Shown here: positions 57,092-64,000 of the stretch, one piece after another | How the letters are laid out: the number at the start of each line of letters is the position of its first letter | Numbering within the stretch: position 1 is the stretch's first letter | Assembly: GCA_016932855.1 (NCBI GenBank) | Contig: JAFGCB010000025.1 | Coordinates: 13,868-77,867, forward strand | DNA length: 64,000 bases | Reading direction: 5' to 3' | Origin: Candidatus Omnitrophota bacterium | GTDB taxonomy: Bacteria > Omnitrophota > Gorgyraeia > Duberdicusellales > Duberdicusellaceae | Translations under genes and position numbers: made by a program | Notes under the pieces: generated by a model | Seen by the model: the letters and a program-made list of their open reading frames with translations, nothing else | Told to the model about the DNA's origin: nothing | Database searches by the model: none

Positions 57092-57120
57092 GCCTGCCTG
57101 TAAAACGGCAGGCTTTTGTT
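57092..57120 (+). terminator. Rho-independent terminator closing the micro-ORF unit
   Basis: gcctgcc tgtaaaac ggcaggc followed by ttttgtt. Confidence 0.7.
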
Positions 57121-57482
57121 ATCAGATCTACCGAAAAGGGAACGCTTTATTTTTAATTGTGTAAATGAAAAAGTAAACTCCTTAAAGACAGAAGGCTTCG
57201 GTATAAAGGCCAATAATATTCAGGTTTGTAACTATCTGTTCAGCAAGTAGTTGCGAAGACTGTTTCCATAGGGTTTCCTGTTGATTTCAAATCGGGCTTT
57301 TTTCGAATTTCGCGGCGTTTTGGACTTCTCTGCAGCATTCTTATTTGTGTTTCAGTTTTGCTTAATTTTCAATTGACTTATACCTCAGCAATAGGTATTC
57401 TAGTATTCGTTCTTATCAGATTGAGGAATCTTAACACACCTTTTTGAATGCTTTTCATGACAAATTTACCGGCGAGATTGCT

Positions 57483-60284
57483 ATGAATTCGAGCTATATA
57501 TTGATTAAAGGCGCAAAAGAGCACAACTTAAAGAACTTAGATCTAAAAATCCCTAAGGATAAGCTTATTGTATTTACGGGGCTTTCGGGTTCGGGAAAGT
57601 CTTCCTTGGCTTTTGACACGATTTATGCGGAAGGGCAGCGCCGCTATGTGGAAAGCCTATCCAGCTATGCCCGGCAATTTCTAGAGAAGCTGCAAAAGCC
57701 CGACGTGGACCATATAGACGGTCTTTCACCGGCCATAGCTATTGAGCAGCGTTCATCTTCGGGATCTCCCCGGTCTATCGTTGCCACTCAAACCGAAATT
57801 TACGATTATCTTCGTTTGTTTTTCGCCCGGGTCGGCAAGCCCTATTGCTGGAAGTGCAAGATCCCAGTCGACGCCCAAAGCCCGCAGGAAATCATAAATC
57901 GGGTTCTTGATTACCCTAATAAAACAAAGATCCATATTTTATCTCCCGTTGTAAAAGGCAAAAAAGGTAAATTCAAAGAACTTTTTACCCGCTTTAAAAA
58001 AGACGGATTTGTGCGGGTAAGGATCGACGGAAAAATTTATAATTTGGAAGAGGACATCGAACTCGAAAGATATAAGCTACATACCATAGAACTGGTAGTT
58101 GACCGGGTCGTCATAAGCCCGGTTGCAAAAAATAGAATTGCTTCGTCGATTGAGATGGCCTTAAAGATTAGCAAAGGCGAGCTTATTATATTGCGGCAGG
58201 ATCAGGACCGGGAGGAACTTTTTAATACCAAATTTACCTGCCCGAAATGTAAGACAGCCATGCCAGAACTGCAGCCTCGAACATTTTCTTTTAACTCGCC
58301 GTACGGAGCCTGCGAGGCTTGCAATGGATTGGGCACGAAGTTAGAATTTGATCCCTACCTCATAGTCCCGGATAGAAAAAAGACCTTACGCGAAGGGGCA
58401 ATAGAGGCTTGGAAAAGGGGCGGTCGGGGCTATATCTTATATTACAGGAGTCTTTTAAGAGAATTAGCCAGTGAACTTGAATTTAGTCTTGACGTTCCCT
58501 TTTATAAGTTACCCAAGGGGATAAAGAACGCCATTCTTTACGGAGCCAAGGTCGAAGTCTGGGGTAAGCCTTTTGAAGGCGTTATACCTCACCTTAATCG
58601 GCTGTTCAATAACTCAGACAGTGATTACCTCAAGGCAGAGATTTCAAGATTTATGAATAAAACCGCCTGTCCGGCGTGTCAAGGGGGGCGGCTTAAAAAA
58701 GAAAGTTTATCAGTATATGTCGGAAACAAAAACATCTGGGATATAATGAAGATGTCGATAGCCAGGGCTTTTGAATTTTTTGACGGTTTTGTCTTGACTA
58801 AAACCCAGGAAGTGATAGCAAGCGGCGTCGTAAAAGAAATCAAAAAAAGGCTTAACTTTTGTCTGGCGGTGGGCTTAGGTTACATTACTTTAGATAGATT
58901 GAGTTCCACTCTTTCCGGAGGAGAAGCGCAGCGTATACGTCTTGCGACCCAGGTCGGCTCAGCTCTTTCGGGAGTGCTTTACGTCTTGGACGAGCCTACA
59001 ATCGGCCTTCACCAGCGGGATAACCAGAAGCTGATAAATATCTTTAAGCAATTACGAGACTTAGGCAATACGGTTATTGTGGTTGAGCATGACGAGCTTA
59101 TTATAAAGAATTCTGATTGGATTGTTGATCTCGGCCCGGGAGCAGGCAAGCGCGGAGGTTCGGTTGTTTACTCCGGACCGACTTCCAAGATAGATTCTTC
59201 TTCGTCGCTTACGGCCTCTTACCTCAAAAATGAGCGGTCTATACCGCTTCCTTCGGAAAGGAAAGACTATCGAAGCAGGCCATTTATTTTTATAAAAGGC
59301 GCCCGTCAGCACAATCTTAAAAGCATCGATGTTAAGATTCCCTTAGGGGTTTTTGTTTGTGTCACCGGAGTTTCAGGTTCAGGCAAGTCTACGCTAATTG
59401 AAGAGGTGCTTTTTAAAGCGATGAGTAAGTTTCTCTATGGTTCGCGGGAGCAGCCCGGCAGCCATGGTGATATTAAACATAAAGAACTGATAGATAAAGT
59501 TGTGATTGTTGACCAGTCTCCTATCGGCCGCACGCCCCGTTCAAACCCCGCGACTTACACCGGAGTATTTACCTATATACGGGATATTTTTAGCAAACTT
59601 AGCGAGGCAAAAATCCGGGGTTTCAAGCCCGGCCGGTTCAGTTTTAATGTTAAAGGCGGAAGATGCGAGGCTTGCGAGGGGGACGGGGTTAAGAAAATCG
59701 ATATGCATTTTTTACCGCCGGTTTATGTAAGGTGTCAGGTTTGTGGGGGTAAAAGATTTAACGAGCAGACCTTGAGCGTAAAATTTAAGGGCTATTCTAT
59801 TGCTGATGTTTTGGAGATGTCGGTAGACGATGCGGTGGAGCTTTTCGAGAATATCCCCCAAGTAAAAAATATACTCGATACTCTTAAGAGCGTAGGCCTA
59901 GGTTATGTTGAATTGGGCCAGTCGGCAACAACCCTTTCGGGCGGGGAAGCCCAAAGGGTTAAGCTTTCCCGATATTTACGACTCAGGTCTACCGGCCGGA
60001 CTCTTTATATTTTAGATGAACCTACAACCGGTCTGCATTTTGAGGATGTAGAGAAATTGCTTTACGTTTTAAGCCGCTTGGTAGATAAAGGCAATACAGT
60101 AGTTTTGATTGAACACAATCCGGATGTTATAAAATGCGCGGATTATATAGTTGATTTAGGCCCCGAAGGGGGAGATGCAGGGGGCTATCTTTTAGCCAGC
60201 GGTTCCCCGGAAGAACTAATAAAGGTAAAAAATTCCTATACCGCCAAGTTTCTTAAGGCCAAGTTGTCAGGTAAGATAAAATAA
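57483..60284 (+). CDS. uvrA: Excinuclease ABC subunit A
   Basis: Start set at [18 protein letters not shown] by comparison with the UvrA N-terminus. Two ABC modules ([24 protein letters not shown]) and zinc fingers. Confidence 0.95.
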   Translation: MNSSYILIKGAKEHNLKNLDLKIPKDKLIVFTGLSGSGKSSLAFDTIYAEGQRRYVESLSSYARQFLEKLQKPDVDHIDGLSPAIAIEQRSSSGSPRSIVATQTEIYDYLRLFFARVGKPYCWKCKIPVDAQSPQEIINRVLDYPNKTKIHILSPVVKGKKGKFKELFTRFKKDGFVRVRIDGKIYNLEEDIELERYKLHTIELVVDRVVISPVAKNRIASSIEMALKISKGELIILRQDQDREELFNTKFTCPKCKTAMPELQPRTFSFNSPYGACEACNGLGTKLEFDPYLIVPDRKKTLREGAIEAWKRGGRGYILYYRSLLRELASELEFSLDVPFYKLPKGIKNAILYGAKVEVWGKPFEGVIPHLNRLFNNSDSDYLKAEISRFMNKTACPACQGGRLKKESLSVYVGNKNIWDIMKMSIARAFEFFDGFVLTKTQEVIASGVVKEIKKRLNFCLAVGLGYITLDRLSSTLSGGEAQRIRLATQVGSALSGVLYVLDEPTIGLHQRDNQKLINIFKQLRDLGNTVIVVEHDELIIKNSDWIVDLGPGAGKRGGSVVYSGPTSKIDSSSSLTASYLKNERSIPLPSERKDYRSRPFIFIKGARQHNLKSIDVKIPLGVFVCVTGVSGSGKSTLIEEVLFKAMSKFLYGSREQPGSHGDIKHKELIDKVVIVDQSPIGRTPRSNPATYTGVFTYIRDIFSKLSEAKIRGFKPGRFSFNVKGGRCEACEGDGVKKIDMHFLPPVYVRCQVCGGKRFNEQTLSVKFKGYSIADVLEMSVDDAVELFENIPQVKNILDTLKSVGLGYVELGQSATTLSGGEAQRVKLSRYLRLRSTGRTLYILDEPTTGLHFEDVEKLLYVLSRLVDKGNTVVLIEHNPDVIKCADYIVDLGPEGGDAGGYLLASGSPEELIKVKNSYTAKFLKAKLSGKIK

Positions 60285-60475
60285 AGGGCCGAGTTTATTT
60301 TGAGGCAATTTTCAGTAATTTTCAGAAGGTCTTCGGCAGAATTAGCCGGCTTTCGAGGTTTTAGTTTTTAGTATTGAACCGATATTTTAATAGGAGTAAA
60401 ATTTAAGCATTGCCTGGAAGGTTTTAGAAGCCAGGCAGAAGTCTCGCAGGCAGGATAAGAAACCTAATCTTTGTA

Positions 60476-62902
60476 ATGAATAGACTAAAATTAATAGGGC
60501 TGGTAATCGTAGCGTTTTTGGCTATAGAAACGAGCGGGGTTTTTGCAAATGAAGATGAAGATTTTTATGTCGCTCAGAAAGCTTTTAGTGAAGGTTTCTA
60601 TGACGCCGCCGAAGGCCTTTTCCGGAAATTCATCTCGATGTATCCTCAGAGCACAAAGGGTGATGAAGCTAAATTGATTATTGCTAAAAGTTTGTTTTAC
60701 AAAGAACGCTTCAGCGATGCCGAAAAGATTTTACAGGAATTAATCGCTTCCGAAACAGCCGGTTCAGCAAAGAGCAAAGCCCTTCATTGGCTGGGAGAGA
60801 TTAATTTTCAGGCGAAAAAGTACGAAACTGCTGTGGAGTTTTTTAAAAAGGCCAGAGAAGACAAAAGTGACCCGTCGACATTTTGGTGGTCTACTTATTC
60901 GTTGGGATTCTCCTATCTGGAGCTGGATGACAAGGATGAGGCCTACGAAGTTTTTACGGACATTATAAAAAATTCACCTGAGGGCGAGGTGCGGCAGAAG
61001 GCCTTTTACGCTCTTTGCAAATCGTATTATAAAGATAAAAAATACGATTCCCTCCAAGAGTTAGCCGTATCCTGGCTTGAAGAGTTTCCCGCTTCAGCGC
61101 TCCGCGATTATATCTATTTTTATCTAGGTGAATCACAATATTTTTTCCGAGAATTCTTAAAAGCCAGCGAGTATTACAAGCAGGCTCTCGCTGTTTCCAA
61201 AGACGAGAGCTTAAAGGATTCAATTTTTCAAGGTTTGGGATGGAGTTGTCTTGAAAAGGAGAATTTTTCCGAAGCAAAAGATTGGTTTTTTAAAATTTCT
61301 TCTCAGGAGATTAAGCTTTATTCTTTAGGAAGTCTTTATTTTAAGCTACACGATTATAAAGAGGCCCACGACTATTTCGATAAGTTTATTGAAAGTTATC
61401 CCCAAAGCTCCTTTATTTATAAGGCATATTTGGGTGAAGCCGAATCATTGTACAATTTGGGCAGGATTAATGACGCTTTTTCTTATTACAACAAGATAAC
61501 CGAGGCAAAAGATTCGCTTGTCGATAAGAAGATCCTTGAAGAAGCCTACTATAGCCTCGGCTGGTGCTATCTTAAAATGAATGATTATCGAAAAGCGATT
61601 GATCAGTTCAAAAAACTTACTTTTTCGAAAGAAGCTATCATAAAAATAAGTGCTCAAATAAATATCGGCGATGTTTATCAGGAGTCGGGAAATCTAAACG
61701 AGGCTTTGGAAGTCTATGAACAAGTTCTTAGGGAATTTTCCGATAATCTTTATTCGGATTATATCCAGCTTCAGATCGGTCTATGTTTATTAAAGAAAGA
61801 CGACCTTGAAGCCGCACTTTTAGCCTTTGATAGTTTGGTAAAGAATTTCCCGTCATCCAAACTCGAGCCCGAAGCTCTTTATTATGCTGCTTTATGTCAT
61901 GCTTCTTTGGGGAATTTTCAGGAGGCAGCAAGAATTTTAGAGGATTCGATCGCCAGGTTCGGTCAGAGCAAAACACTTAAAAAAATGTATCTGCTTATCA
62001 CGCAGGTTTATATAGAAAACGGGGACAGCGATAACGTCTTGCGGGTTTTCAGCGAGGCAGCCAAGAAGTTTTCCGGCGATAGTGAATTTTTAGAGAGAAT
62101 GCAGGTTCAAAAAGGATTATTTTATATTGATCAAGGCCAGGAAGACTTGGCCAAAAAAGAGTTCGAGAAATTCTTAAAGACTTTTCCCGATTCAGAGTTA
62201 AAAGAGAGAATCTTCCTTTATTTAGCAAATATCTATCACAAAGAGCAAGATTATTCACGGGCCAAAACTTATTATAATCAGATCCTTAAAAAGGGTTCTG
62301 CCAGTAAGTATTCCTATCAAGCTCGCTTGGATTTGGCTCAAATTATTTGGGAAGAAGGAAACCATGAAGACGCTCAGGCTATTTTAAAAGATAATTTGTC
62401 TTTATCTTCTTCCAAGGAAGTTATTGTGCAGACAAAGCTGATGCTTATCGAGTTTATGTTAAGTCAGGGCAGTTTCACCAAGGCTCTAGAGTTCTGCGAT
62501 AATTTAATAGAAGCCTATCCAGATTCAAAAGGTTTTTTTTATTTTAAAAAGGCGCAGATTTACGAAGATAACGAGGATTACCAGCAGGCTTACCAGAACT
62601 ATCTAAAGGCTCAGGAAGCTCAATTTGATTCGCCCCAACTGCGGTTTTCCAAGGGTTACGCTTTAGAGAAGATGGGAAATTCAGGGGAGGCAATTAAGAA
62701 TTTCTTGGAGGGTATATATATATTTCCCGATGATAAGAAAAACATCATAAAAAGTTATTTGAGGATAGCAAAATTATATGAAAAGCTTGGTCAGCCTCGG
62801 GAGGCATCCAAAGCTTATAGGAAAATAATAGATATGGATGTCGAAGAGGCTAAGTATGCCCGGGAGAAGCTGGAAGAATTGGAAGAATCCAAGAAAGACT
62901 AG
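60476..62902 (+). CDS. Large TPR-repeat protein with signal peptide (YbgF/Tol-Pal-associated-like)
   Basis: Signal peptide, then more than 15 TPR-like repeats over 808 aa, directly upstream of tolQ/exbD. Confidence 0.6.
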   Translation: MNRLKLIGLVIVAFLAIETSGVFANEDEDFYVAQKAFSEGFYDAAEGLFRKFISMYPQSTKGDEAKLIIAKSLFYKERFSDAEKILQELIASETAGSAKSKALHWLGEINFQAKKYETAVEFFKKAREDKSDPSTFWWSTYSLGFSYLELDDKDEAYEVFTDIIKNSPEGEVRQKAFYALCKSYYKDKKYDSLQELAVSWLEEFPASALRDYIYFYLGESQYFFREFLKASEYYKQALAVSKDESLKDSIFQGLGWSCLEKENFSEAKDWFFKISSQEIKLYSLGSLYFKLHDYKEAHDYFDKFIESYPQSSFIYKAYLGEAESLYNLGRINDAFSYYNKITEAKDSLVDKKILEEAYYSLGWCYLKMNDYRKAIDQFKKLTFSKEAIIKISAQINIGDVYQESGNLNEALEVYEQVLREFSDNLYSDYIQLQIGLCLLKKDDLEAALLAFDSLVKNFPSSKLEPEALYYAALCHASLGNFQEAARILEDSIARFGQSKTLKKMYLLITQVYIENGDSDNVLRVFSEAAKKFSGDSEFLERMQVQKGLFYIDQGQEDLAKKEFEKFLKTFPDSELKERIFLYLANIYHKEQDYSRAKTYYNQILKKGSASKYSYQARLDLAQIIWEEGNHEDAQAILKDNLSLSSSKEVIVQTKLMLIEFMLSQGSFTKALEFCDNLIEAYPDSKGFFYFKKAQIYEDNEDYQQAYQNYLKAQEAQFDSPQLRFSKGYALEKMGNSGEAIKNFLEGIYIFPDDKKNIIKSYLRIAKLYEKLGQPREASKAYRKIIDMDVEEAKYAREKLEELEESKKD

Positions 62903-63129
62903 TCTTGTCGAGGAAATCAGACAGTTTCTGCCGGCAGTCACGCCATTGGCGTGAATAAGCGGTCCTTACTTGAATTCTTCGGGGTTAAAGATTAATTTGG
63001 TTCTATCCCGAAAATCAAGGATATTTAAAAAAGGTTTCTCGTTTAGGAGGCAGATTAGCCCGCTTAAATGGGTTATGGCGGTCAGTTTATTTATTTTTTA
63101 AGTTATGAGTTCATTAAAGGAGGTTTGAG

Positions 63130-63762
63130 ATGTTTAATCTAGTGTTAAAAGGCGGTTGGCTCATGTGGCCCATAGTGTTATGTTCTATATTTTCCCTGGC
63201 AATTATAATTGATAAATTTCTATACTTCGTAAAAGCAAAGGTTAATTCCGAAGATCTATTTTCAAGTATATTAAGCTTGATAAAACGAGCCAATTTCAAG
63301 GAGGCTATAGAGTTATGTGAGGAAAAGCAGACGCCTCTAACCAACACTTTAAAGGTAGCCCTTCTCAATTATGATCAACCTAAAGAGTTGATCAAGGAAT
63401 CGGTAGAGGAAGTTTCTCTATATGAAATTCCTAAGCTTGAGAAAAATCTGAATTTTTTAGCTACCATCGCCCACATATCTCCGCTTTTAGGCCTTTTAGG
63501 GACTGTTACCGGCATGATACGCTGTTTTTATATAATTCAGGAAAAAACAGCTGCTTATGGGTCTGTTAATCCCGCGGATTTAGCCGGCGGAATTTGGGAA
63601 GCCCTTCTGACTACGGCTTTCGGGTTAGCAGTAGCTATACCTTCATATATTGCCTATAATTATTTCGTAAGCCGGGTTAATTTCAGTGTTTTGGAGATGG
63701 AGAAAACCGCAACCGAGCTGGTCAGCGTATTGACGGAACGAAAGGACAGTTATGAAGTTTAG
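63130..63762 (+). CDS. MotA/TolQ/ExbB proton-channel protein
   Basis: Three TM segments, GLLGTVTGMI motif, 210 aa, SD AAAGGAGG. Confidence 0.85.
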   Translation: MFNLVLKGGWLMWPIVLCSIFSLAIIIDKFLYFVKAKVNSEDLFSSILSLIKRANFKEAIELCEEKQTPLTNTLKVALLNYDQPKELIKESVEEVSLYEIPKLEKNLNFLATIAHISPLLGLLGTVTGMIRCFYIIQEKTAAYGSVNPADLAGGIWEALLTTAFGLAVAIPSYIAYNYFVSRVNFSVLEMEKTATELVSVLTERKDSYEV

Positions 63763-64000
63763 AAAGCACATCAAAGAAGAATTCGGCTTGCGGCAGTTTG
63801 ACATTGCCCCCCTTATCGACATAATTTTTATTCTTCTTATATTCTTTATGCTTACTTCTAGTTTCATGATCCAGCCCGGGATAAGGGTTGATTTGCCAAG
63901 AACAGTAACCCATCAGGCGCTTCAAGTAAAGAGGGTAAGTATAACCGTATCTTCCGAGGATGTATTGTATTTGGGAAGCAAGGTCGTAACTGACAAGGAG
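63752..64000 (+). CDS. ExbD/TolR biopolymer transport protein (truncated by window end)
   Basis: ATG overlaps the TolQ stop. N-terminus IAPLIDIIFILLIFFMLTSSF is typical of ExbD/TolR. Confidence 0.8.
   Translation, partial: MKFRKHIKEEFGLRQFDIAPLIDIIFILLIFFMLTSSFMIQPGIRVDLPRTVTHQALQVKRVSITVSSEDVLYLGSKVVTDKE

Noticed and set aside
56920-57213. 97-aa minus-strand ORF across the micro-ORF unit
   Set aside because: Phe/Leu/Ser-rich translation of the complement of the A/G-rich lysine-codon tract. No SD. The promoter, SD and terminator are all oriented for the + strand.

Overview
This 64 kb window looks like chromosomal backbone from a low-GC (roughly 40% by eye, not computed) diderm-type bacterium. 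Three things point that way: TolQ/ExbD, TPR and LysM lipoproteins; strong AAGGAGG Shine-Dalgarno sites; and a CIRCE operator upstream of groESL. Every credible gene lies on the + strand, and the minus-strand ORFs in the track look like antisense artefacts.

Identified content, in order:
- A DUF523 protein, an MBL-fold hydrolase, a receiver-domain (REC) protein, an acyl-CoA ligase, GTP-type PEP carboxykinase, purC, a class I aminotransferase and a LeuA-like metallolyase.
- A beta-lactamase-fold hydrolase and an RluA-family pseudouridine synthase.
- A four-gene operon: two tiny proteins, an HExxH metallopeptidase and an ATP-grasp ligase.
- A PurF-like protein with Ser in place of the catalytic Cys, a Ste24 peptidase and a nitroreductase.
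- An accessory patch: orphan REC, small secreted proteins, a TPR protein, two tandem hairpin repeats and a 1098 aa secreted protein, ending at tRNA-Pro(GGG).
- An amino-acid operon (hom, thrC, ApgM-like predicted homoserine kinase, cstA, lysC, cimA/leuA) flanked on both sides by single-domain PilZ genes.
- An alpha/beta hydrolase, valS, nadC, uvrB, coaX, groES-groEL, a CBS-less IMPDH-family protein, dnaE, HU, hisS, a short archaeal-type aspS, a LysM lipoprotein, phoH-yqfF(7TM-HD)-ybeY, uvrA, a large TPR protein and tolQ/exbD.

No rRNA, CRISPR array, transposase or integrase was seen.

The most unusual feature is a family of short palindromic repeats with termini roughly TACGGAAT...TTACGTCACCC. 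Three copies fill intergenic gaps (aspC to leuA-like, groES to groEL, guaB-like to dnaE) and two diverged copies sit in-frame inside valS, where each encodes PVKPP(R/Q)GQAASKVTKS. valS also carries a coding heptamer microsatellite.

Other points of interest:
- The operon of small protein, membrane peptide, Peptidase_Mx-like enzyme and ATP-grasp, which looks like a peptide-tailing cassette.
- A lysine-only micro-ORF with its own promoter and terminator.
- Two tandem terminator-like hairpins showing compensatory base changes.
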